DNA from: an uncultured Planctomycetaceae bacterium
GTDB taxonomy: Bacteria; Planctomycetota; Planctomycetia; Planctomycetales; Planctomycetaceae
Length of the DNA stretch: 43,774 bases
Assembly (NCBI GenBank): GCA_964575135.1
Contig: CAZNQX010000002.1
Coordinates: 1,091 to 44,864, forward strand
Reading direction: 5' to 3'
Shown here: positions 14,708-25,270 of the stretch, piece by piece
Position numbering within the stretch: position 1 is the first letter of the stretch
How the letters are laid out: every line of letters starts with the position of its first letter
The notes under the pieces: generated by a model
Seen by the model: only the letters and a program-made list of their open reading frames with translations
The model's database searches: none
Told to the model about the DNA's origin: nothing
Translations under genes and position numbers: made by a program

Positions 14708-17494
14708 TTATCCCGTCGTGCGCAGTCCGGCCGCGACGCCCTGAATCGTGAGGCGGATCAGGCCGCGGAGGCGTTCGCATTTGGCGACCGCCGCTTCGGA
14801 ATCGTCGTCGGCCAGCGACCGCAGCCGCCGGATCAGTTCGATCTGAATCAGATTGAGCGGGTCGACATACGGATTCCGTTCCCGAATCGATCGTTGCAGC
14901 CAAGGGATGCCGCCCAGCAGTTCCTGCTGGCTCGTCACGAGCAGCACTGCAGCGCGGCTGCGGGCGTATTCGTCACAGATCATCTTCCAGACGGCTTCGG
15001 CATCGTCGCCGTCGGCCAGTTCGGCGTAGCGGTGGGCAATCCCCATGTCCGCCTTGGCCAGGGCAAGTTCGGCATTGTCGATCAGCGCACGGAACAGAGG
15101 CCAGGACTCGTACACCTCCTGAAGCGGCGACCAGTCGTGCCCTGCCGAGGAGACGTACGCTTCCAGTCCGGAGCCAAGTCCGTACCAGGCCGGCAGGATA
15201 TGCCGACATTGTGTCCAGGCGAACGTCCACGGAATCGCCCGTAGATCGGCGAGGCTCCGCCGTTCGCGACGACGGGCCGGACGCGAACCGATCGGCAGTC
15301 GTTCGATCTCACCGATGGGCGTCGCCTGGTCGAAGTAGGCGAGAAACCCGGGGTGCTCGACGAGCTTCCGATAGACGGTCAACGACGCCTCCGAAAGCTG
15401 CTCGAGCATGATGTTCCACGATTCGGGCACCGCGGGGTCATCGTCGGCGGAAACCAGCAGCGTCGCCCAACTTACCTGTTCCAGATGTCGATGGGCAATC
15501 TGAGGATCGTCGTAGCGTTCGGCGAGCACCTCGCCCTGTTCGGTCATCCGCAAGGCTCCGCCGACCGCTTGCGGAGGCAGCGAGAGAATGGCGCGTGCCG
15601 CCGGTCCGCCGCCCCGTCCCAAAGCGCCGCCGCGTCCGTGAAACACGATCAGCCGCACGCCGTGACGATCGGCGACGCTGGCCAGCCGTTCCTGCGCACG
15701 GTGCAGTCCCCACGAGGCGGCGAGGTAACCGCCGTCCTTGGTGCTGTCGGAGTAGCCGACCATCACTGTTTGCGTCGGTTGGCCTTCGGCAGAACTGAGA
15801 TAAGCCCGGTACGCCGGATCGGAGAGCATCGCGTCGAGCACGTCCGCCGACCGGTCGAGATCGTCGATCGTCTCAAACAACGGAATGATCGGCAGGTGCG
15901 GCAGCGGCGCGTTTTGCTCGCCATGCTTCTGCCACGCCCATCGCCACAGGCACAGCACCGCGAGGACGTCGGACAAATGGTGCGTCATGCTGATGACATG
16001 GCCGCCCAGTGGCGACAGTCCGAAATTGCGAACCGTCGTCGCCAGCACGCGAAACAGGTCGAATGTCGCTTGTGCCGCCTGGCCGAGTTCTTCCGACGCT
16101 GCCGCGCCCACTTCTCGAGCCGGCATCTGCAAGAGTTCCGTCAGAACGCGCAAGCGGTCCTCTTCCGAGAGATCTCCGTAATCGCGATCACCGGGGACGT
16201 CGCCTGCAAATTTTCCGGAACACGCCTTCACGACGTCGGTCAGCACTTCGAGATGAACGCGCGAGTCCTGCCGCACGTCGAGGGCGGCAAAGTGCAACCC
16301 GAACGTTTGAACCTGTGCGATCCAGTCGTCGAGATAACTGTCGACGATGGCCTGGCCGCCGTGGCCGGCCAGCGCGTCGGCCAGCAACTTGACGTCGGCC
16401 AGAAGTTCGGAGGCGAGCCGATACCCCCCCGCTGCCTTGTTGCCGTCCGGTCGCGTTTCAATCGTCTGCTGCAATCGCCATTCGATCACCCGCAGCCAGC
16501 GGCGGTATCGCTCCTCGGGAACGATGCCTTCCAGGACGTCGACGAGTTCCGGATACCGGGTCGCAACCGCTTCGGTCGCCTCACGGACTACCGGCGGAAT
16601 CCCGACGCTGCGATCGGACATGACCAGCACGCGATACAAATCGCGAGTCGTCGTCAGATGTCGACGAATGGCCGCAGTGCGGAGCTTGACGAGCGTCTCC
16701 TCGGTCACGTCGGCGGTGACGAACGGATTTCCGTCACGGTCGCCGCCGATCCACGATCCGAACTTCAGGAACGGGCGCAGCGGCTCTTCGGTGCGATGCG
16801 AAACTTCTGAAGCGGCGCCGCGCAATTCCCGGTCGATTCTGGGAACGACCCGCCATAATTCTTCGATGAAGAACAGGCCGCGCTCGACTTCCTGCGTGAC
16901 CGTCGGCCGCTGCGGCCGCAACTGATCGATCTGGCTGAGGATCGTCAGATCGCCCTGCATTCGCTCGATGATTCGCGCCCGTTCGTGGTCGAGCAGGTCT
17001 GTCGCGTGCAACAATTGCAGGGCTTCGCGAAGCGAGCGAATCAACCGCCGCGTCGTTCGCCGCTTCGCTTCGGTCGGATGCGCGGTGAAGACGAGATCGA
17101 CGCTCAATTTCCCGAACAGTTCGGCCAGTCGTTCGGGAGACAGTCCGCGGCGCTGCAGCGTCTGCACGGCGTCGCGAATCGATTCGTGCCGGGGCGCATC
17201 GCCGCTCTCCCGTTCACGGTCGCGAAGCACGCGAACCCGCTGCGTGTCCTCGGCCATGTTGGCAATGTCGAAATACAGGATCAGGGCCGGTACGACGGCG
17301 CGAATTTCGTCCTCGGTCAACGAGGCGATCCGGATCACGAGCCGATCCTCGGCCCCCGGCAATTCCGCGCGGCGTTCGCGGGAGATTTGTCTCAGATCTC
17401 TGATCAGCCGGAGGATGTCGGTCCCGGCCTGGGCCGCGGTGACGCCGTCCAGAAGCCCGGACAGGAAGCGAACGTCGTTTTGAAGGAAATCCAT
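14708..17494 (-). CDS. ppc: Phosphoenolpyruvate carboxylase
   Basis: ORF 14708..17494 (928 aa). It contains VFTAHPTE, GYSDSTKDGG, FHGRGGALGRGGGP and the C-terminus QGVAAGLRTTG. Confidence 0.95.
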   Translation of the reverse strand: MDFLQNDVRFLSGLLDGVTAAQAGTDILRLIRDLRQISRERRAELPGAEDRLVIRIASLTEDEIRAVVPALILYFDIANMAEDTQRVRVLRDRERESGDAPRHESIRDAVQTLQRRGLSPERLAELFGKLSVDLVFTAHPTEAKRRTTRRLIRSLREALQLLHATDLLDHERARIIERMQGDLTILSQIDQLRPQRPTVTQEVERGLFFIEELWRVVPRIDRELRGAASEVSHRTEEPLRPFLKFGSWIGGDRDGNPFVTADVTEETLVKLRTAAIRRHLTTTRDLYRVLVMSDRSVGIPPVVREATEAVATRYPELVDVLEGIVPEERYRRWLRVIEWRLQQTIETRPDGNKAAGGYRLASELLADVKLLADALAGHGGQAIVDSYLDDWIAQVQTFGLHFAALDVRQDSRVHLEVLTDVVKACSGKFAGDVPGDRDYGDLSEEDRLRVLTELLQMPAREVGAAASEELGQAAQATFDLFRVLATTVRNFGLSPLGGHVISMTHHLSDVLAVLCLWRWAWQKHGEQNAPLPHLPIIPLFETIDDLDRSADVLDAMLSDPAYRAYLSSAEGQPTQTVMVGYSDSTKDGGYLAASWGLHRAQERLASVADRHGVRLIVFHGRGGALGRGGGPAARAILSLPPQAVGGALRMTEQGEVLAERYDDPQIAHRHLEQVSWATLLVSADDDPAVPESWNIMLEQLSEASLTVYRKLVEHPGFLAYFDQATPIGEIERLPIGSRPARRRERRSLADLRAIPWTFAWTQCRHILPAWYGLGSGLEAYVSSAGHDWSPLQEVYESWPLFRALIDNAELALAKADMGIAHRYAELADGDDAEAVWKMICDEYARSRAAVLLVTSQQELLGGIPWLQRSIRERNPYVDPLNLIQIELIRRLRSLADDDSEAAVAKCERLRGLIRLTIQGVAAGLRTTG

Positions 17495-17611
17495 CGGCGA
17501 GGATCAGAGCTTGAGGATCGAAATGGGAACGACGTCGCACGAAGACCAGGTTTCAACGACGAACGGACGTTTGCGTTGAGCCGCGATCATCGGGAGCGTA
17601 GCGCCGCGCGA

Positions 17612-20350
17612 TCAGGCGGTCGCGACGTGGGCGATTTCGCTGTCGCGTTCCCCCGCTCGATCGAGGGCGAGATGCCCGAGCATCGAAGCGACGAGTGCAG
17701 TCCAGCCGGTCTGATGGCTGGCACCGCATCCGCGTCCATTGTCGCCGTGGAAATACTCGTGGAACAGGACAAACTGATTCCAGTGAGGATCGGTCGCATA
17801 GCGCGACTGGTCGCCGTGGCAGGGTCGTCGCCCGGTTTCGTCAGGTAGAAACAGTCTCAGCAGGCGATTTTCGATTTCTTTCGCCACATCGCCGAGGTTC
17901 ATCCACCGTCCGCTGCCGGTCGGGCATTCGACGCGAAGTTCATCGCCGTAGAACCGATGGTATCGCTGCAAAGCCTCGATGATCAGGAAGTTCATGGGAA
18001 ACCAGACCGGACCACGCCAGTTCGAGTTCCCGCCGAACAGCCAGGTGTCGGATTCCCCCGGCACATAGGCGACGCGGTGTTCTTCGCCCCCCAGCCGGAA
18101 GACGAACGGCTGGTGTTCATGGACTTTCGAAAGCGATCGAATGCCGAACGGGCCGAGGAACTCGTCTTCGTCGAGCAGGTACCGCAGAATCCGTTCGAGC
18201 CGGTCGCGTGTGGGCACTGCGAGCAACCGCAGCCCGCCATTTCCTCCCCGCCGGTCCTTTTCCATGTAGGTGATGTCGGCGAGCAAGTCGCCGTCGTAAC
18301 GGATGAACCATTCCATCCGTTTGCGGAAATTGGGAAGTCGGTCGAGAATCCGATCGTCGATCACGTCGACCGTCAGCAGCGGGATGAGGCCGACCAGGCT
18401 GCGAATTCGCAGCGGCACGGCGTTGCCGTCACAGTGAAGCCGGTCGTAATAAAACCCGTCCTCCTCATCCCACAGCCCGGTACCGTCCAAAGTGTTCATC
18501 GCATGGGCGATGCGCACGTAGTGTTCGAAGAACTTGCTGGCGATTCCGGCATACGACGTGTCTTCGACGGCCAGATCGAAGGCGATCGCCAGCATGCTCG
18601 CGCAATAGAACGCCATCCAGGCGGTACCGTCGGCCTGTTCGAGATGCCCGCCGTTCGGCAGGGGTTTGGAACGGTCGAACACACCGATGTTGTCAAGTCC
18701 CAGGAAGCCGCCGGCGAACAGGTTCCGCCCCGTCGGGTCTTTGCGATTGACCCACCAGGTGAAGTTGAGCAGCAGCTTCTGAAAGCAGCTTGCCAGAAAA
18801 TCGTGATCGTACTTCTGCCCGGTCGCGGTCATTCGGTACACGCGATGGCAGGCCCAGGCATGCACGGGTGGGTTGACGTCGTCGAAGGCAAACTCGTAGG
18901 CGGGAATCTGCCCGTTCGGATGCATGTACCATTCACGAAGGAACAGCACGAGCTGCTCCTTCGTGAAGTTCGGGTCCAGCCTCGCGAACGGGATCATATG
19001 AAACGCGCTGTCCCAGGCGGCGTACCACGGGTATTCCCACTTGTCGGGCATCGACAGGACATCGCGGTTAAACAGATGCGTCCAGTCGCTGTTGCGCCCG
19101 TACTTGCGATGCTCGGCGACGGGAGGCTCGGCCGGGTCGCCTTCGAGCCAGTCTTTGACGACGTAATGGTAGAACTGCTTCGACCACAGCAGGCCGGCAC
19201 AGGCCTGGCGGTGGATGTTGCGTTCTTCGGCCGAGAGCGCCGCGGGTGTCTGCCCGGCGTAGAACTCGTCGCATTCGGCCTTTCGCTGGCGAAACAACTC
19301 GTCGAACTTTGCGCCGAACGGGGTGTCCGGCGATTCGGACTCGGCACATAACCGCAGATCGATCGTCGCCTCGCCGCCGCGCGGCAGCCGCATCTTGTAA
19401 TAGGCGGCGACTTTTGTTCCCAGCCGCTTGCGCCGGATCGCAGACTTTTCGTTGTCGACCAGATAACGATGGAACGAGTCTTTCGTATACGGTGTGGCGT
19501 TGGGCACCCCGTAGAGCCGCTCGAAGTTGGTCTCGTTGTCGGTGAACAGCCAACGCGGCTTGCGACCGTTCGGGCGAAGGCCGGCGTAAAAGCGAAATCG
19601 CTCCAGCGATTCGTGCTTCGTAACACAGCATCCGGCGGAGTTGTCCCACCAGATTGCCGGCTTCGGCCAGCACCCCTCGCTGTCGCAGCCCCAGCTCCAG
19701 GTATTGCGAAACCAGAGCGTCGGCAGCAGATGGATCGTCGCGGCAGCCGGCCCGCGATTGGCAAGATGAATCCGGATCAGAATATCGTTGGCCGAACCTT
19801 TGACGTATTCCGCGGTGATGTCCCAGTAACGGTCGTCGTCGAAGATCCCCGTATCTTCCAGTTCGAACTCCGGAACGTCGCGACCCCGGGCGTGATTCTC
19901 GGCGACCAGTTGGTCGTAGGGAAAAGCCTGCTGGGGATATTTATAGAGTGCCTTCAGATAGGAATGGGTCGGCGAACTGTCGAGATAGTAATAGCACTCC
20001 TTAACGTCTTCGCCGTGGTTGCCCTCGTTGCCAGTCAGGCCGAATAGCCGCTCTTTGAGAATCGGATCCTTGCCGTTCCAGAGCGCCAGGGCAAAGCAGA
20101 GCCGGCATTCCCGATCGGTGATGCCGAGGAGACCGTCTTCTCCCCACCGATACGCCCGGCTGCGGGCATGGTCGTGGGGGAAATACTCCCAGACGGTTCC
20201 GTCGGGGCTGTAGTCTTCACGGACCGTTCCCCACTGGCGCTCGGCGAGGTACGGTCCCCACCGCTTCCAGTTCGAGCCGGGCATCCGGGCTGCTTCCGCA
20301 GCGAGTCGCCGCTGCTCGACACCTTTATGGACGTCGTCGAGTTTTTGCAT
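17612..20350 (-). CDS. GH63-like (MGH1-type) glucosidase
   Basis: ORF 17612..20491. I prefer the ATG at 20350 (MQKLDDVHKG), which avoids overlap with the upstream gene. It contains WKRWGPYLAERQWGTVREDYS, YRWGEDGL and the (alpha/alpha)6 block PWYAAWDSAFH. Substrate is unknown. Confidence 0.8.
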   Translation of the reverse strand: MQKLDDVHKGVEQRRLAAEAARMPGSNWKRWGPYLAERQWGTVREDYSPDGTVWEYFPHDHARSRAYRWGEDGLLGITDRECRLCFALALWNGKDPILKERLFGLTGNEGNHGEDVKECYYYLDSSPTHSYLKALYKYPQQAFPYDQLVAENHARGRDVPEFELEDTGIFDDDRYWDITAEYVKGSANDILIRIHLANRGPAAATIHLLPTLWFRNTWSWGCDSEGCWPKPAIWWDNSAGCCVTKHESLERFRFYAGLRPNGRKPRWLFTDNETNFERLYGVPNATPYTKDSFHRYLVDNEKSAIRRKRLGTKVAAYYKMRLPRGGEATIDLRLCAESESPDTPFGAKFDELFRQRKAECDEFYAGQTPAALSAEERNIHRQACAGLLWSKQFYHYVVKDWLEGDPAEPPVAEHRKYGRNSDWTHLFNRDVLSMPDKWEYPWYAAWDSAFHMIPFARLDPNFTKEQLVLFLREWYMHPNGQIPAYEFAFDDVNPPVHAWACHRVYRMTATGQKYDHDFLASCFQKLLLNFTWWVNRKDPTGRNLFAGGFLGLDNIGVFDRSKPLPNGGHLEQADGTAWMAFYCASMLAIAFDLAVEDTSYAGIASKFFEHYVRIAHAMNTLDGTGLWDEEDGFYYDRLHCDGNAVPLRIRSLVGLIPLLTVDVIDDRILDRLPNFRKRMEWFIRYDGDLLADITYMEKDRRGGNGGLRLLAVPTRDRLERILRYLLDEDEFLGPFGIRSLSKVHEHQPFVFRLGGEEHRVAYVPGESDTWLFGGNSNWRGPVWFPMNFLIIEALQRYHRFYGDELRVECPTGSGRWMNLGDVAKEIENRLLRLFLPDETGRRPCHGDQSRYATDPHWNQFVLFHEYFHGDNGRGCGASHQTGWTALVASMLGHLALDRAGERDSEIAHVATA

Positions 20351-20418
20351 CGAAAATTGAAAACGTCGAGGCCCATCCGCAGCGACGGATGGGCCTGTGC
20401 AAACGGACTGTTCGATTC

Positions 20419-22386
20419 CTATTTGGTTCCGTCCAGAACCTCCAGCGAAAGCCGGAGCGCCTCGCCGACGCTCCAGGCCTGGAAGGGGCACCCCCGTGGT
20501 CGCTGCGGAGGATCGCCGTCGGCCAACTCCGGCAAATGGCCGATGCCGAGCACCTCGGTCTGTGCCATCAGAGGCTCGAAGTACCTCTGCCGGGCCTCGC
20601 GCTTCGCCTCGATCGAACCGCCGCGAATACGGACCCAGCCTTCAATGAAGGCACCGGCCAGCCAGGGCCAGACCGTTCCCTGATGGTATGCGGAATCACG
20701 CTCCCAGACGCCACCGACGCACTCGCCCCGGTAATCGGGATGATTCGGCGACAGTGTTCGCGGCCCGCAGGGCGTCCAGAGCCGCTCTTCGGCCGCGGCG
20801 AGAATCTGCTCGGCGAGTGATGACGGCACAACGGCCTCCGGCAGGCCGCCGACGGCAAACAACTGGTTCGGCCGGAACTCGCCCGACGTCGTTCCCGGCT
20901 CGTGATCGACATCGACGACGTCGAACAGATATCCACCGTGCGCGTTCCAGAATCGCGATGTAAAGGCCGCCAATCCTCGTCGAAACGCAACCGACCATTT
21001 CTCCTCGAATCGCGACGACATCCGCAGCGCATTGAGCCACAGCGCCTGAACCTCGACCGGTTTGCCGATACGGGGCGTCACGACCCAGTTGTCGATCTTC
21101 GCATCCATCCAGGTGAGCTGCAGACCCGGCTCGCCAGCAGCGATCAGACCGTCGTCATCGAGCCGGATTCCGAAGCGCGTCCCCCGCGCATAACCGTCGA
21201 GAATCGCTTCGATCGCCTGCTCGATCGCCTGGCGATCGGGTTCGGCCAGCAGCGACGGTTGCTGTGCATGACAGCGCCGCAGAAAATCGCCCGCCGTTAC
21301 GACGTACCACAAAGAGGCATCGACCGAGTTGTATTCCGCCGTGCCGCCGACGTCGGTGAACCGGTTCGGCAGCATGCCTTCGGAAACCAGACCGCTCCAG
21401 GCCAGAAGGATGTCGCGTGCTTCGGCGTAGCGGCCGGTGGCCAGGCACAGTCCCCGCAAGGCAACGAAGGCGTCGCGTCCCCAATCGGAGAACCAGGGAT
21501 AACCTGCAATAATCGACTGCCCGCGCCCCCGTTTGACCAGGTAAGCGTCGGCCGCACGATGCAGCGGTGAAACAAACGAGGCCCGTCGCCGCCGTTCGAC
21601 ATCATAGAGTGCCGTATATCGGTCGCGCGCCCGGATTCCGCTGCCGCCCTGCTCCGTATCGCCGGCCGAGAACATCAGGATCGCTTCGCCTTCCGAAAAA
21701 TCGAACCGGAAGATCCCGGGCGAGGCGAGATCCTCGACACTGTCCAGACCGCGGCGGCGTTCCTCGACGTACAGGAAGCGGTAGTACCATTGGGGGGCGT
21801 GAATGTATTTCCCGTTGCCGATCGCCCGGATCGACGGGAGATCGGGGTACGGTCGCCAGCGAACTGATTCGCCAGCCTTGTCGGCGTCGAACTTGAAGAA
21901 CTCGTTGGAACCCTGCAACTGGTGATAGTCGCGGCCGGACAACAGCGGCCTCACGCAGAGCGTCCGTTTCGCATCCGGTGACGGGAGCGACCAGCGGAGT
22001 GCAACGAGCGGCCGACCGCGCGGCATGAAAAGTTCGTGCTCGACAGTTGAGCCGTCTTTGAGCCGATACCGCCACGTCGGCCAGGGTTCGGTCGTGAACG
22101 ACTCGATCCCACGGTATCCGTCGGGGTTGATGACGCCTGGATCGTAGACCTGCGTGCTGAGCAGATCGACGGCACCGTTCCCCTCGATCCAGACGTCCAG
22201 CCCGTTGACGAGGACCGTCCGGCCGACAGGCGGACGCAGCGCAGTGCATAACAGGGCGTGGTAGCGGCGCGACCGATGCCCCGGTTCGGTTCCGGTCGCG
22301 AAACCGCCCAGTCCATCGGTTTCGAGCCATTCGCGAGGCAGATCGTTTAGCAGATCCACGGTATTCACAATCCGGTGGTGGAGCAT
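20419..22386 (-). CDS. Glycogen debranching enzyme-type amylo-alpha-1,6-glucosidase (N-terminal GDE domain plus GDE_C)
   Basis: ORF 20419..22386. It contains REWLETDGLGGFATGT...RRYHALL, GYPWFSDWGRDAF and QLTWMDAK. Confidence 0.9.
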   Translation of the reverse strand: MLHHRIVNTVDLLNDLPREWLETDGLGGFATGTEPGHRSRRYHALLCTALRPPVGRTVLVNGLDVWIEGNGAVDLLSTQVYDPGVINPDGYRGIESFTTEPWPTWRYRLKDGSTVEHELFMPRGRPLVALRWSLPSPDAKRTLCVRPLLSGRDYHQLQGSNEFFKFDADKAGESVRWRPYPDLPSIRAIGNGKYIHAPQWYYRFLYVEERRRGLDSVEDLASPGIFRFDFSEGEAILMFSAGDTEQGGSGIRARDRYTALYDVERRRRASFVSPLHRAADAYLVKRGRGQSIIAGYPWFSDWGRDAFVALRGLCLATGRYAEARDILLAWSGLVSEGMLPNRFTDVGGTAEYNSVDASLWYVVTAGDFLRRCHAQQPSLLAEPDRQAIEQAIEAILDGYARGTRFGIRLDDDGLIAAGEPGLQLTWMDAKIDNWVVTPRIGKPVEVQALWLNALRMSSRFEEKWSVAFRRGLAAFTSRFWNAHGGYLFDVVDVDHEPGTTSGEFRPNQLFAVGGLPEAVVPSSLAEQILAAAEERLWTPCGPRTLSPNHPDYRGECVGGVWERDSAYHQGTVWPWLAGAFIEGWVRIRGGSIEAKREARQRYFEPLMAQTEVLGIGHLPELADGDPPQRPRGCPFQAWSVGEALRLSLEVLDGTK

Positions 22387-22558
22387 CGCCGGCTTGAGTG
22401 TCCGTCCCGGCTTCCGGATGATAGACCCTTCCTGCGCGAGACGCTACCGGCCGGCAGGGGGCGTTCCCGAGCCGAATGCCACCTAATGTGGCTCGAGAGA
22501 CGATTCCTTCGTCCCTGCGTCCGCCAGCCTCCAAAGGACGCCGCGAAAGGATGCCGCG

Positions 22559-23614
22559 ATGACGCCGGTTCCCTGCAATTCTGTGGACGCCTCGGGGTTT
22601 GTTCGACTGGCTCTCGACTGCCTCGGGCGGGAGTACCCGAATCATCCCCTGACCATAATGTTCGACGAGGGCGATGTACGACCTCCCCACGAACACACCC
22701 CGGCGTTCTTCGGCTGTTTCGACTGGCATTCAGCCGTCCACGGTCATTGGACGCTCGTGCGGCTGCTGCGATGCTTTCCCGAAGCCGACTGGCACAGCGA
22801 AGCCAGATCGGCACTGCAACACAGCCTGACTCCTGCACATCTCGCCGCGGAAGTGCGACATCTGGGAAAGGCAGGACGGGAGGGATTCGAGCGCCCGTAC
22901 GGCCTGGCATGGCTGCTTCAACTCGCCGCCGAACTGCGCGCGTGGGACGATACCGACGCCGGCGGTTTCGTGCAGGCTCTCCAGCCGCTCGAACGGCTCT
23001 GTCGCGATCGACTGGCGGACTGGCTCCCGAAGCTGACGCATCCGATTCGCACCGGTGAACATAGCCAGACGGCATTCGCGATGGGCCTCGCACTCGACTG
23101 GTCCGAAGTGGCCGGCGACGAGCATTTCGCCGCGATCGTCGTCGATTGCGCCCATCGATTCTACGGTCGCGATACCGACTTGCCCCTGCGTTGGGAACCA
23201 TCGGGGCACGACTTTCTTTCGCCGGCCCTGGCCGAGGCGGATCTCATGCGGCGCGTTCTGTCGGACCGATTCGATGCCGAGACGGATTTCTCTGCCTGGC
23301 TGACACAGGCGCTGCCGGACCTGGGGAAAGTCACATTGTCGCCGGTCGTTCCGTCCGATCGCATCGACGGCAAGCTGGCCCATCTGGACGGATTGAATCT
23401 CAGCCGCGCGTGGATGCTTCGGGCGATCGCCGCGGCGCTGCCGAACGGTGATCCGAGGACGCAGGCGATCCTCGAATCGTTCGATCGTCATGCCGCCGCC
23501 GGTCTGGCTGCCGTCACCGGCGAACATTATGCCGGCGGTCACTGGCTCGGCACGTTCGCGACCTACCTCGAAACGTCCCCCCAGCTCGCCGGCCCCGCTG
23601 GCGGGATCTCTTGA
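22559..23614 (+). CDS. DUF2891 family protein
   Basis: ORF 22559..23614. It contains EYPNHP...HTPAFFGCFDWHSAVHGHWTLVRLLR and HLDGLNLSRAW. The family name is from memory. Confidence 0.75.
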   Translation: MTPVPCNSVDASGFVRLALDCLGREYPNHPLTIMFDEGDVRPPHEHTPAFFGCFDWHSAVHGHWTLVRLLRCFPEADWHSEARSALQHSLTPAHLAAEVRHLGKAGREGFERPYGLAWLLQLAAELRAWDDTDAGGFVQALQPLERLCRDRLADWLPKLTHPIRTGEHSQTAFAMGLALDWSEVAGDEHFAAIVVDCAHRFYGRDTDLPLRWEPSGHDFLSPALAEADLMRRVLSDRFDAETDFSAWLTQALPDLGKVTLSPVVPSDRIDGKLAHLDGLNLSRAWMLRAIAAALPNGDPRTQAILESFDRHAAAGLAAVTGEHYAGGHWLGTFATYLETSPQLAGPAGGIS

Positions 23615-23629
23615 CGGGGGGTCGTGCCG

Positions 23630-25270
23630 TCAGGCACGCACGCGGCGGAGCAGCACCTTCATGCCGTAGGTCTCCTCAAACAGCCCGCTCGTCTGGTTGA
23701 TGGCCAGTTGTTCGAGCGACAGGTCGTCGACATTCGGAATGGCAATCACCAGCCGGTCTTTCTCGCGGACACAGGTGAAATCGGTGATCCGCTGGCTGCG
23801 TGACTCGTCGAGGGCAATCGCGATTCGCAGCAGGCCTGCCAGTTTCGAGACCGCGACGCGCTCCTCGCGCGTCAGGTCGGCAATGCCCTGATGCGTCGGT
23901 TTGGGACTGGCCCGACGATGGTATCGCGTGACGAGCGACACGAGCGTCAGATCCTTCCGGCTCAGACCGAACAGGTCGCTGTTGAGAATCAGGTACATCG
24001 AGTGCTTGTGGTAACCGCTCGTGCCGACGTAGAGTCCGATCTCGTGGAGCAGACCCGCAATCGTCAGCACAAGTTCATAACGGTTGTCAAGTCGATGTTC
24101 GGCTTGAAGTTGCGTGAACAGTTTCCCGCACAAGTCGGCGACGTGCCGAGCGTGAACTTCGTCGAAACCGAACTTCCGCCCGAGTTCGATCGCCGAATGA
24201 ATCACCTGCCGGCTGGCCTGCGCCGCCCATCCGCCTGAAGCGGCGATGTCGAGCAGCAATCCGTCGCGCAGGTTGACGCTCGCCACGTGAATCTCGTCAA
24301 GCCCCAATCCTTGCGCGAGCTTGAGGTACGCCAGAAGTCCCGGCCCGAGTGTTTCGGCGTCGGGAATCGCGAGGTGGTACTCCTGAATGAGTTCGTCCTC
24401 CGAGACGGACAGAATCTCATCGGTGAGTGCCGCGAATCGCGCGACGGGCATACGGGAAATCACCTGCGGATTGTAGTCGGGCACGAGTTGGGAGGCGGCA
24501 AACCGCACTTCGCTGCCGAGTGCCACCAGACGCAGATCGGGGCCGCGGGGAACGGCCCGCGCAATCTGATCGACGACGCGGGTGATCTGTCGCTCCATGA
24601 TCCGTCGCGACGACGCCGTCGGAGCTCGATACTTCTCGAGCATCTCCCGCAGACGCAACGAACCCAGGCGGTACGAGTGGGAATAGGTCACATCCCCCTG
24701 GCACACAACCAGTAATTCGGTGCTGCCGCCGCCGATCTCGGCAACGACGCAGCGGGCGGCATCCAGTTCCGGCTCCGCTTGCAAGTACGGCAGTATCCCC
24801 AGATACGTAATGCGATTCGCCTCCGCTTCGTCGATCGGCTCGACCTGGAAACCGGTCGCGCTGAAAATTCGATCGAGAAACGTCAACCGGTTGAAGGCTT
24901 CGCGAACAGCGCTTGTCGCGGCGACACGCATCCGTGCAGGATCGGACAGACCGTACTCATCAAGCACACGCCGGTAACTGCGCAGCACGCGGACGCACTG
25001 CTCGGTCGTTCCCGCCGAAATAGCCCCGGTCGTGAACGTGTCCTTCCCGAGACCAACTGCCTGCGAGAGTGCTTCGAGCAATCGGATCTCTCCGCCGTCC
25101 CGCACTTCGGCAATCGCCATCCGAATCGACGTCGTGCCGATATCAATCACCGCAACCGGCTGGACGGCCGGTTCGGCCGCAGGGCGAGACACAGGAACCG
25201 CTGGCGTGTTGGCCGCTGATTCCGTTTCCCGCGGAGGATCGCCTGGGTCCGGCCAGCGCGCGTCGTTCAT
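23630..25270 (-). CDS. Ppx/GppA-family phosphatase with a C-terminal HD domain
   Basis: ORF 23630..25297. I prefer the ATG at 25270 (MNDARW), which forms an ATGA overlap with the ROK gene stop. It contains VIDIGTTSIRMAIAE, EIGGGSTE and an HD region (LLHEIGLYV..HKHSMY). Confidence 0.9.
   Translation of the reverse strand: MNDARWPDPGDPPRETESAANTPAVPVSRPAAEPAVQPVAVIDIGTTSIRMAIAEVRDGGEIRLLEALSQAVGLGKDTFTTGAISAGTTEQCVRVLRSYRRVLDEYGLSDPARMRVAATSAVREAFNRLTFLDRIFSATGFQVEPIDEAEANRITYLGILPYLQAEPELDAARCVVAEIGGGSTELLVVCQGDVTYSHSYRLGSLRLREMLEKYRAPTASSRRIMERQITRVVDQIARAVPRGPDLRLVALGSEVRFAASQLVPDYNPQVISRMPVARFAALTDEILSVSEDELIQEYHLAIPDAETLGPGLLAYLKLAQGLGLDEIHVASVNLRDGLLLDIAASGGWAAQASRQVIHSAIELGRKFGFDEVHARHVADLCGKLFTQLQAEHRLDNRYELVLTIAGLLHEIGLYVGTSGYHKHSMYLILNSDLFGLSRKDLTLVSLVTRYHRRASPKPTHQGIADLTREERVAVSKLAGLLRIAIALDESRSQRITDFTCVREKDRLVIAIPNVDDLSLEQLAINQTSGLFEETYGMKVLLRRVRA

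Noticed and set aside
23623-23638. Small hairpin cgtgcc/gtca/ggcacg between the convergent DUF2891 and ppx genes.
   Set aside because: The stem is only 6 bp, and the hairpin overlaps the ppx stop codon. It is too weak to call a terminator.
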